Source: Pseudomonadota bacterium (lineage in GTDB: Bacteria > Pseudomonadota > Gammaproteobacteria > Burkholderiales > Rhodocyclaceae). Taken from it: DNA of 64,000 bases. The DNA is taken from positions 147-64,146 of the forward strand of contig JAEWVQ010000148.1 in NCBI GenBank assembly GCA_023459095.1, read 5' to 3'. Of the stretch, positions 10,595-18,727 are shown piece after piece. The position numbers were made by a program, and so were the translations under genes. The notes beneath the pieces are model-generated. The model was not told the origin of the DNA, made no database searches, and saw only the letters and a list, made by a program, of their open reading frames with translations. Positions within the stretch are counted from its first letter, which is position 1, and every line of letters starts with the position of its first letter.

Positions 10595-10778
10595 GTCGCG
10601 TTTGCCGCGCGCCCACGGGCGAAGGCGCCGCGGCGTGCATCGTTATAGTGGTTTTTAGATTCGCGCATGCGCATGCTTCCAGGGCGAATTCGTCGAGTCT
10701 GCGGCCCCGGACGGGGTCGCGGCGAGGGCGCATTGTGCGCAGCCGCGGAACGCGGGCGCAAGTTGTGGGGGATCGATC

Positions 10779-13025
10779 ATGGTGCGAGAACGCGTGCGCG
10801 GCCTGTGGCTGGCCGCCTGTCTAGTCTGGCCTGGCGCTGTGTTGCCGGCGTCGGCGGTGGGCGAGGCGCCCGGTTGGGTGGACGAGCAGGTCTGCCGCGA
10901 CTGCCACGCCGATCAGGCCACGCGCTGGCAGGCCTCGCAGCACGCGCGTGCGATGCAGCCGGCGACCGCGGCCACCGTGCTCGGTGATTTTTCCGGACGC
11001 AGCACCGCCGCCGACGAGCCCGCCATCCGCTTCACGCGGCGGGCGGGCCGCTACAGTGTGGTCGCCACCGATGGCGCAGGGCGGGCGCGCAGCTTCGAGG
11101 TCACCCATACCTTCGGGGTGGCGCCCTTGCAGCAATACCTGGTGCGCGCTGCCGAGGGCCGGCTGCAGGCTCTCACCGTGGCCTGGGATACCGTGGGCAA
11201 GCGCTGGTTCTCGCTGTATCCGGGCGAGGTGCTCGCGCCGACCGACCCCCGGCACTGGGCGCGACGCGGTGCGAACTGGAACACGATGTGCGCCGCCTGC
11301 CATTCCGGCGGCGTGCGCAAGGGCTACGACCTTGCCACCGACCGTTACGACACCCGTTACCAGACCGTGGCGGTCGGCTGCCAGGCCTGCCATGGTCCGG
11401 CGGCCCGGCATCTGGCGCGCGTGGCCGGTGTGCCGGCCCCCGCGGCGGCCGCGGAGGGCGGCAGCGACACCGGCTTTGCGCCGCTCGCCAGCGGCCAGGG
11501 CCACGGCGAGCCGCAGGTCGATGCCTGCGCGCAGTGTCACGCCTTCCGCACCCAGCTCGTGGCGCAGCACCGCCACGACGAGCGCTTTCTCGACCAGTAC
11601 CTGCCCGTCCTGCTGAGCGAGGGCAATTATTTCGCCGACGGACAGCAGCAGGGTGAGGTTTTCGTCTGGGGCTCCTGGCTGCAAAGCCGCATGCATCAGC
11701 GCGGCCTGGTCTGCAGCGACTGCCACGATGTCCATTCCGGTGCCCTCCATGCCGCCGGTGATGCCTTATGCACGAGCTGTCACGGGCCGCAGGGGCCGGT
11801 TGCCGCGCGGGTGCGCGCCGGCATCGATTTTTCCGGGCTGACGCGCAAGGACTACCGCGCCGAGTCCCACCACCGCCACGGCAGCACCCCGCCGGCGTGC
11901 GTCGCCTGCCATGCCGGCAAGCGCGACTACATGGTGGTCGATGGCCGCCTCGACCACGCCTTCCGCATCCCCCGGCCCGAGGTCGCGGCACGCGCCGGCG
12001 CGCCCGACCCCTGCACCGCCTGCCACACCGGGCGCGATGCGACATGGGCGGTCCAGGCCTATGCGCGTCTGTACCGGCCGCAGGCCGAGTTGCCGGCGCA
12101 CTACGGCGATGCCTTCAGCGCCGCGCGTGCCCACGGCGAGGAGGCCGCGCCGCGCCTGCTCGCGGTCGCGCGCGATGCCGCGCAGCCGGCGATCGTGCGC
12201 GCGAATGCGCTGCAGTTGCTGGGCGGATTCCCGGGGCGCGAGGCCGCCCGCGTGCTGCGCCAGGGAACGGCGGATGCATCGGCCCTGGTGCGCCTGGGGG
12301 CCGTCCACGGCCTCGGTGGGCTCGCCCCCGCGGAGGCCGTGGCGCTCCTCGTCGAACGGCTCGACGATCCGGTGCGCAGCATACGGGTCGCGGCGGCGGG
12401 GCTGCTGCTGGGGCGCAGCCAGGGGCTGGACGCAGCGGCCGCGCGCGCGCTCGGCGAGTACGAGGCTGCGCAGCGCGAGAACGCCGACCGCCCCGAAGGC
12501 TTGATCAACCTGGCGCGCCTCGCCCTGCATCGCGGCCGAAGCGATGAAGCCGAGCACCTGCTGCGCCTTGCCGCCACCCGCCATCGCGGTTTCGTCCCCG
12601 CCCACCTCGCGCTGGCCGAAATCCTGCGCCGGCGCGGCGGCGAGGCCGCGGCCGCCGCGGTGCTCGACGACGCTCTGCGCGCCGTCCCCGGCGAGCCCGC
12701 GCTGCGCGAGGCACAGGCACAGGCCCTCGTCCGGCAACGCCGCTACGCCGAAGCCGAGGCGTTGCTCGCCGAGCTGGCGAAGGCGGGAACGGCGAGCGCG
12801 ACCGGCGTCCTGCTGCACGCCCAGCTCATCGCCGAGCGCGGTGACCTCGCCGCCGCGGGGGGCGCGCTCGACGGTGCGCGCGCGCGTCTGGGCGGGCGGC
12901 GCGAACTGCTGCTGAGCCTCGCCGCGCTGCAGGTCCGCCAGGGGCAGGGCGAGGCGGCGCGGGCGACGCTGGACGCACTGGCCCGCATCAACCCCGACGA
13001 CCCGGCCTTGCCGCGGCGCCCATGA
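10779..13025 (+). CDS. periplasmic octaheme c-type cytochrome fused to HEAT-like and TPR-like repeats
   Basis: It has a signal peptide and eight CxxCH motifs: CRDCH, CAACH, CQACH, CAQCH, CSDCH, CTSCH, CVACH and CTACH. The C-terminal half contains repeated helical units (AIVRANALQLLGG, ALVRLGAVHGLGG, VRSIRVAAAGLLLG) followed by TPR-like Ala/Leu/Arg repeats. Confidence 0.8.
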   Translation: MVRERVRGLWLAACLVWPGAVLPASAVGEAPGWVDEQVCRDCHADQATRWQASQHARAMQPATAATVLGDFSGRSTAADEPAIRFTRRAGRYSVVATDGAGRARSFEVTHTFGVAPLQQYLVRAAEGRLQALTVAWDTVGKRWFSLYPGEVLAPTDPRHWARRGANWNTMCAACHSGGVRKGYDLATDRYDTRYQTVAVGCQACHGPAARHLARVAGVPAPAAAAEGGSDTGFAPLASGQGHGEPQVDACAQCHAFRTQLVAQHRHDERFLDQYLPVLLSEGNYFADGQQQGEVFVWGSWLQSRMHQRGLVCSDCHDVHSGALHAAGDALCTSCHGPQGPVAARVRAGIDFSGLTRKDYRAESHHRHGSTPPACVACHAGKRDYMVVDGRLDHAFRIPRPEVAARAGAPDPCTACHTGRDATWAVQAYARLYRPQAELPAHYGDAFSAARAHGEEAAPRLLAVARDAAQPAIVRANALQLLGGFPGREAARVLRQGTADASALVRLGAVHGLGGLAPAEAVALLVERLDDPVRSIRVAAAGLLLGRSQGLDAAAARALGEYEAAQRENADRPEGLINLARLALHRGRSDEAEHLLRLAATRHRGFVPAHLALAEILRRRGGEAAAAAVLDDALRAVPGEPALREAQAQALVRQRRYAEAEALLAELAKAGTASATGVLLHAQLIAERGDLAAAGGALDGARARLGGRRELLLSLAALQVRQGQGEAARATLDALARINPDDPALPRRP

Positions 13026-13073
13026 TCCGGTAAGCATGCACGGCATGAACATCAACCCAGGAGTGGATGAGCG

Positions 13074-13337
13074 ATGAAGACGATCATGGTGGGGGCGCTG
13101 CTGGCCGCCCTGGCGATGGCGCCGGCGTCGGCCGCGGAGGCCAGCTGCGCGGCGGTGGCGAAGGACAAGAAGCTTGCCGGCGCGGCGCGGACCAGTTTCA
13201 TGAAGAAATGCGAGCAGGACGCCCGTGCGGCGTGCGAGGCGAGCGCGGCGGAGAAGAAGCTGGCCGGCGCGGCGAAGACCAGTTTTACCGGCAAGTGCAT
13301 CAGGGATGCGGTCGGCGACGCGGGCGGCGCCCCCTGA
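13074..13337 (+). CDS. psiF: PsiF-repeat periplasmic protein
   Basis: AGGAG RBS and a signal peptide. Two copies of C-x-A-x-(D/E)KKLAGAA(R/K)TSF-x-x-KC resemble the E. coli PsiF repeat. Confidence 0.7.
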   Translation: MKTIMVGALLAALAMAPASAAEASCAAVAKDKKLAGAARTSFMKKCEQDARAACEASAAEKKLAGAAKTSFTGKCIRDAVGDAGGAP

Positions 13338-13415
13338 AGCGTCGGTTTGCCGCATCGCCCCTGGCGCGGCCGGCCTCGGGCCGGCGCACGGGACTGCGGT
13401 GTGCTGCGGGCGCGT

Positions 13416-13982
13416 TCAGCGCGCGCCGAGCAGCATGCTGCGGGTGTTGAGGTCGAGCGGCAGGGCGTAGTCGTGGGCGGCGAGGGCGACGTTGGTGGTC
13501 GGCTGGATCACCTTGAGGTTGATGTAGACGAAGTCGCGGCTTTCGCCATAGGAGCCGACGACCACGGCCTGGGCGTTGTGGGCGCTGGCGAGGTCGCGGA
13601 TTTCGCGCGTCAGCATCAGTTCGCCCTGATCGCGCTGCATGTACACGCTGTTGCGCAATTTCATTTCCACCATGCGGTGCCCGGCCTGCACGAAGCGCGC
13701 CGACACTTGCTCCGACACCAGTCGGCCCAGCGTCGACGAGCGTTCGAGCGCGTCGATGTTCACCAGAGTCGCGACGATCAGCGGCTGGCCGGCGCCGAGC
13801 TTGCCCTGGAGCTGGTCGAGCAGCGCTTCGGCGGCGCGGTAGTTGGCGGGGACGAAGGGGTTGCGCGTGGCGTCCTCGTAGGTCGGCAGGCCACGGCTGC
13901 CGAAGCCGTCGGTGACGCAGGCGGTGGCGAACAGGCCGCAGCCGGCGGCGAGGAGCAGGGTGGCGAGGCGGCGCGGCGTCAT
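13416..13982 (-). CDS. FlgO/LpoB-like (TolB N-terminal-like) lipoprotein
   Basis: Track ORF 13416..14279 trimmed to ATG 13982 (MTPRRLATLLLAAGCG, lipobox). LIVATLVNIDALERSSTLGRLVSEQVSARFVQAGHRMVE and AQAVVVGSYGESRDFVYINLKVI resemble Vibrio FlgO. Confidence 0.7.
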   Translation of the reverse strand: MTPRRLATLLLAAGCGLFATACVTDGFGSRGLPTYEDATRNPFVPANYRAAEALLDQLQGKLGAGQPLIVATLVNIDALERSSTLGRLVSEQVSARFVQAGHRMVEMKLRNSVYMQRDQGELMLTREIRDLASAHNAQAVVVGSYGESRDFVYINLKVIQPTTNVALAAHDYALPLDLNTRSMLLGAR

Positions 13983-14680
13983 CGGCGGCTGCTCCCGGTG
14001 ACCGCAATCGTGCGCTCCGGGGCCGGTGTCGGCGCGGCCGGCGGCGGCGGCGGCGGGGTGTAGAGCGCGATGTCGTGGTCGGCGGCGTAGTACACGCTGG
14101 TGTGGCGGACGCGGTACTGCTGCGCGTCGGACACCGTGGCGGTGATGATGATCTCGGTCTGCGGCGTGGCGCCAGTGGCGAATTCGGCACGGAACCAGCG
14201 CTCGGCGTCGAGCGAGGCCAGCGCCAGCATGGTGCCGGCGCCGGGCGAGGCGTGCAGCGCGACTTCGTGGATGGCCCACAGGTTGGCGCCGAGCGTGGTC
14301 GGCGCGCCGGCGTAGCGGTATTGCGGGCGGCTGGGCGCGAAGGCGACGATCTGGGTGTCGATATCGACGATCTGCGCGCCCTCGGGCTGCTTCATCACCG
14401 GATGGCCGAAGCCGACCAGGGAGGTGATGAGCTGGCTGGTGAAGGCGCGCTCGAATTCGCTGGGCGCGGCCGCCTGGCGGATGTGGATCGGCTCGCGGCC
14501 GGGCATGCGGATGCTCAGCTGGCGGGCAACGTCGCGCGCGATCACGGTCCAGTGGGCGGCGGCCTGCAGCTTGGGCTGGGTGGTGGTGGGGAAGTTGGTG
14601 GCCAGCGGCGCCTCGGTGTAGGGGGCGGCGCAGCCGGCGGCGAGCAGGGTGGCGGCCAGGCCGATCAGCGTGTTCTTCAT
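13979..14680 (-). CDS. lipoprotein of unknown function with a Pro-rich C-terminal tail
   Basis: Track ORF 13979..14818 trimmed to ATG 14680 (MKNTLIGLAATLLAAGCAAP, lipobox). Its stop overlaps the downstream start (ATGA at 13979-13982). The tail is PPPPPPAAPTPAP. Confidence 0.65.
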   Translation of the reverse strand: MKNTLIGLAATLLAAGCAAPYTEAPLATNFPTTTQPKLQAAAHWTVIARDVARQLSIRMPGREPIHIRQAAAPSEFERAFTSQLITSLVGFGHPVMKQPEGAQIVDIDTQIVAFAPSRPQYRYAGAPTTLGANLWAIHEVALHASPGAGTMLALASLDAERWFRAEFATGATPQTEIIITATVSDAQQYRVRHTSVYYAADHDIALYTPPPPPPAAPTPAPERTIAVTGSSRR

Positions 14681-14821
14681 CGGTGCGTTCTCGTAGCCGG
14701 CGGGCGCGCTATCGCGCGTTGCCGGGCGCTGGGGGCGGGGTTGGACAGGGCGGGCACGGCGCGGCGGCGGTCGGGCCGGCGGCGTGTCGCGCCGGATTGT
14801 ACCCGTGCTCGCCTGCATTCG

Positions 14822-16447
14822 TTATGCGCTGCGCAGGCCGGCGCGGCGGGTGAGCCAGACCGCGCCCAGCGGCAGGACGCAGCCGATGAGGGTGACCGCG
14901 ACCAGCAGCGCGCCCAGCTCGCTGTAGTCGGCGGGCACGGTCACCACGCCGCTGGCGGCGTCGCGCACTTCGCGGGTCACGGTGTAGTACTGGTTCAGGT
15001 ATTTCGTGCCCAGCTGCGACGCCGACAGTGCGAGGTTGGTGAACGAGGCCATCACCGCGAAGAAGGTTGCCTTCAGGTGCGGCGGCGCGGAGTTGGCGAT
15101 CCACGCCAGCATCGGCACCATCGACACCTGGCCGAGCGGCGATTCGAGCGCGGTGTTGGCCATCGCGATGAAGCGTGCGTCGACCACGCCGCCGGTATGG
15201 GCCGCGGTCCAGTGGTGCAGGCCGTGGTACATGCCGATGATGGGCAGCGACAGCACGGTGGCGGCGACGGTCAGGAAGATCACGATCTGCGCGATCGATT
15301 TTTCCGCCATGAAGCGCCGGAACAGGAACAGGCCGGCGAGGGTGAGCGTGCTGACGATGAGGTCGAGGCGCGACAGAAAACTCTGGTCGAAGCCGAGCTC
15401 GTCGATCATCCACCATGTGGCGCTCGCCCCCGGCAGCGGCATCGCGCGGAAGATGAAGATCACGATCACGGTGCCGAGCAGGGTGCGTGCGGCCTCGGCG
15501 GAGAGCTCGCGCAGCAGGCGGGTGATCATGAAGCCGATGATCGCGAACGAGCCGGCGAAGATGATCTCCTGCCCGTAGGCCACGCCGGACAGGCCGACGC
15601 CGAGGGTGACCGCGACGAACAGCGCGCTGCCGCCGAGAATCCACCAGTTCGGCGCGGTCGGGTCTTCGGGTTGGTGGAGCAGACGGTCGATCTCGGCACG
15701 GTCGCGGCCGAGCGCGGCGAGCCGGCGCGCCTCGCGGCGCTTGAGCGCGGCGGCGAGCACCACGCCGCTCACCGAGAGCAGCGGAATGAGCAGCGCGAGC
15801 TCGTAGATACGCAGGTAGATCGCCACCTTGTCGGCCTCGGGCAGATGCTCGGCGCCCTGGAACATGACCACGTTGGCCATCGACACCAGCACCGTGCCGC
15901 CGATGATCGCCACCCGCCCGAGCATCTGCATCGTGGTGTGCATCAGGCGCACGGTGTCGGCGGCGATCGGTGCGCCCTGGCGGTCCACACGCGGCACCGC
16001 CTCCACGGTCATCGCATCGGCGACCGCGTCCTGCATCACGTAGCCCACCGGCGACAGCAGGGTGGAGAGCACGAACCAGGCCTCGGCCGGCATCACCGCG
16101 CGCATCGCGTCCGGGTGGCCGATGAGGCCGATCATGATCATCAGGCTGCACGCGATCAGCGTCGCCCCCAGATAGACCAGTCCGGCCTTGTAGCGCCACA
16201 GCAGATCGACCAGATGGCCGATGGGCATTTTCAGCGCCCACGGAATCATCGCCCAGAAGCCGAGCGCGGCGAGGAAGGCGGCGGAGAGGTCGAGGTAGTC
16301 CTTGATGAAGAAGGTGCCGACGATGCCGGTGAGGCCGGATACTCCGGCCGCGCAATACACCATCAGCGGCGGCAGGTAGGAGAGTCGCATCTCGCGACCG
16401 AGTCCGAGGATGTTGCGGTCGATCCAGCGATACAGGGCGGTGAGCAC
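14822..16447 (-). CDS. BT1 (folate-biopterin transporter) family MFS-type membrane protein
   Basis: GTG start with GAAGGA RBS. 541 aa and polytopic. The motif IPWALKMPIGHLVD resembles the BT1 signature. Confidence 0.65.
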   Translation of the reverse strand: MLTALYRWIDRNILGLGREMRLSYLPPLMVYCAAGVSGLTGIVGTFFIKDYLDLSAAFLAALGFWAMIPWALKMPIGHLVDLLWRYKAGLVYLGATLIACSLMIMIGLIGHPDAMRAVMPAEAWFVLSTLLSPVGYVMQDAVADAMTVEAVPRVDRQGAPIAADTVRLMHTTMQMLGRVAIIGGTVLVSMANVVMFQGAEHLPEADKVAIYLRIYELALLIPLLSVSGVVLAAALKRREARRLAALGRDRAEIDRLLHQPEDPTAPNWWILGGSALFVAVTLGVGLSGVAYGQEIIFAGSFAIIGFMITRLLRELSAEAARTLLGTVIVIFIFRAMPLPGASATWWMIDELGFDQSFLSRLDLIVSTLTLAGLFLFRRFMAEKSIAQIVIFLTVAATVLSLPIIGMYHGLHHWTAAHTGGVVDARFIAMANTALESPLGQVSMVPMLAWIANSAPPHLKATFFAVMASFTNLALSASQLGTKYLNQYYTVTREVRDAASGVVTVPADYSELGALLVAVTLIGCVLPLGAVWLTRRAGLRSA

Positions 16448-16481
16448 GGCGGTCCTTCGATGGCGGTTGGGTGGGGCGGAC

Positions 16482-17228
16482 TCAGCGGCCGAGCAGGCGC
16501 TCGATCCACGGCAGCAGCCAGGGCAGGGACAGCGCGGTGAGCAGACCGTTCAGCCCCATCGCCAGCGCGGCGAAGGCGCCGGCCTGCTCGCTGACCTGGA
16601 AGGCGCGCGCCGTGCCGATGCCGTGCGAGGCGAGGCCGATGGCGAAGCCGCGCACGGCGTGGTCGTCGATGCGCAGCCAGCGGTAGAGGTAGCGCGCGCC
16701 GACGGCGCCGAGGATGCCGGTGACGATGACCAGCACCGCGGTCAGCGAGGGCAGGCCGCCGAGGCGCTCGGCGACCGCCATCGCGATCGGCGTGGTCACG
16801 CTCTTGGGCGCGAGCGACATCAGCGATTCGCGGCTCGCCCCCAGCGCGGCACCGAGCGCCCATGCCGACAGCACCGCGGTGAGCGAGCCGGCGACCAGCG
16901 CGAGCAGCAGCGGGGCGGCCATCGCCTTCAGGCGCGGCCACTGCGCATGGAGCGGAATCGCCAGCGCCACGGTGGCGGGGCCGAGCAGGAAGTGCACGAA
17001 CTGGGCGCCGTCGAAATAGCGCTGATACGGCATGCCGGTGGCGAGCAGCACGGCGACGAGCAGCGCCACCGCGATCAGCACCGGATTGGCGAGCGGATGG
17101 AAGCCGAGGCGCTTGTAGGCGGCGAAGGCGATCTGGTAGGCGAGCAGGGTGAGGGTGAGACCGAGCAGCGGCGAGGCCGACAGATAGACCCAGATCTCGT
17201 CGAACGAGGCGGCCGGCGCGGGCGTCAT
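16482..17228 (-). CDS. lrgB: LrgB/CidB-family membrane protein
   Basis: Track ORF trimmed to ATG 17228. Its start overlaps the lrgA stop (ATGA). SLAPKSVTTPIAMAV and GLASHGIGTARA are typical LrgB blocks. Confidence 0.85.
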   Translation of the reverse strand: MTPAPAASFDEIWVYLSASPLLGLTLTLLAYQIAFAAYKRLGFHPLANPVLIAVALLVAVLLATGMPYQRYFDGAQFVHFLLGPATVALAIPLHAQWPRLKAMAAPLLLALVAGSLTAVLSAWALGAALGASRESLMSLAPKSVTTPIAMAVAERLGGLPSLTAVLVIVTGILGAVGARYLYRWLRIDDHAVRGFAIGLASHGIGTARAFQVSEQAGAFAALAMGLNGLLTALSLPWLLPWIERLLGR

Positions 17229-17602
17229 GGGGCCGGCTCCCGGTGTTCGCCGTGGTCGCCATGATTGTGGCGGCGGCTCAACGCGCGCAGCACGAGCGCG
17301 GTGACGACGATGCCGAGCGCGGTGCTGCCGATCAGCGCCACCGTCAGCGGCAGCCACTCGTCGGCGAGGCGGTGGCCGTAGAGCACGATGCCGGTGCCGG
17401 CGGGCACGAACAGCAGCGACAGATGCTGCAGCAGGGTGCCGGCGGTCTGGCGCAGTTCGTTGCCGGGGCCGCCGCGCACGACGAGGGCGACGAACAGCAG
17501 CGCCATGCCGACCACCGGGCCGGGCACGGGCAGACCGAGGGCGCGCACGAGCACTTCGCCGGCGAGCTGGAAAACGAGGAGCAGGGTCAGGGCGGCAAGC
17601 AT
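17225..17602 (-). CDS. lrgA: LrgA/CidA holin-like membrane protein
   Basis: 125 aa with four hydrophobic segments. FQLAGEVLVRALGLPVPGPVVGM is typical of LrgA. Confidence 0.8.
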   Translation of the reverse strand: MLAALTLLLVFQLAGEVLVRALGLPVPGPVVGMALLFVALVVRGGPGNELRQTAGTLLQHLSLLFVPAGTGIVLYGHRLADEWLPLTVALIGSTALGIVVTALVLRALSRRHNHGDHGEHREPAP

Positions 17603-17672
17603 GGCGGTGCAGCGGGGAGATCGGATCTGCTGGGTAAGCTGCGGAGATTAGCAGCGGTGCGCGGCGCGTGCC

Positions 17673-18608
17673 TCACATCAGGGCGTGGCCGACGGTGCGC
17701 ACCGCGATCCCCACCGCGGCGCCGAGCACCGCCGGCCGCCAGACCGCGGCGACGCGGCGGCCGGCGGTCATCATGATCGCCAGCCCGGGCACGTCGAGCG
17801 GGTGGATCAGGAAGCCGGCGCCGTGGTTCAGCGTGGCCACGGTGGTCGTGGCGCTTTTGAGCATCTCGTCCATCACCCCCATCATCGCGGTGCCGCCGGC
17901 GATGTACTTGGTCAGCGTCGGCAGGATGAGCGCGGGGTCGATGCCGGCGAGCGCGAGCAGCGGACTCAGCACGGTGCCGAACAGGTCGATCGCGCCGCTG
18001 GCGCGCAGTACCATTACCGCGACCAGCGCCAGCACCAGCATCGGGATCGAGCCCACGGCGATCTTGAAGGCCTCCGCGCCGGCGCGGTTGATGACGTCGA
18101 GCACGCCCTTGGCGTCGTCGGCGGCGCGGTGGTGCAGGGTCTCGTCGACGGCACCCTCGAGTGCCGACAGCCCGCGGCCGAAGCCGTGGTAGGTCGCCGC
18201 CGCCGCAATCAGGCCGCCGACCATGGAGAGCAGCAGGGTGAGACCGAAGTCCAGGCCCATCGCCGCCATCGGAAAGGTGACGTTGGCCTGCGCCATCGCC
18301 ATCACCATCGCCAGCGTGGCCGCGAGGTGGCGGTCGGAGGCGCCGCGGCTCTCCATCATCGCCAGGGTCGCTACCGGCGCCGCGAAGCTGACGAAATTGA
18401 TCTGCAGCGCGGCGAACACGCCCAGACCGGTGAGCCCGACCGGGCGCAGCAGGGGCGCGAGCCGCGCCACCAGCCAGTCGAGCACGCCGCGCGCTTCGAG
18501 CAGGCGCATCAGCGACAGCATCACCACCATGATCGGCAGCAGGACGAAGAGGGCGAGTTCCACCGCCGAGCGGCCGGCGCGGAGAATGATGTCGGTGAGG
18601 AGTTCCAT
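17673..18608 (-). CDS. nucleoside-recognition (Gate) domain membrane protein
   Basis: 311-aa polytopic protein with SpmA/SpmB- or YjiH-like architecture. The family call is made by eye. Confidence 0.55.
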   Translation of the reverse strand: MELLTDIILRAGRSAVELALFVLLPIMVVMLSLMRLLEARGVLDWLVARLAPLLRPVGLTGLGVFAALQINFVSFAAPVATLAMMESRGASDRHLAATLAMVMAMAQANVTFPMAAMGLDFGLTLLLSMVGGLIAAAATYHGFGRGLSALEGAVDETLHHRAADDAKGVLDVINRAGAEAFKIAVGSIPMLVLALVAVMVLRASGAIDLFGTVLSPLLALAGIDPALILPTLTKYIAGGTAMMGVMDEMLKSATTTVATLNHGAGFLIHPLDVPGLAIMMTAGRRVAAVWRPAVLGAAVGIAVRTVGHALM

Positions 18609-18727
18609 CGGAGCGGGGGGATTGTGCGTTGCAGCGATGCTAGCGCGAAACGCGCGCCGCGGCCGTCTGGCGTGCGTCCGCCCTATCCCGGCGCGGCGGC
18701 CCCGCCGCCGTGCTCAACGCGTCCGGC

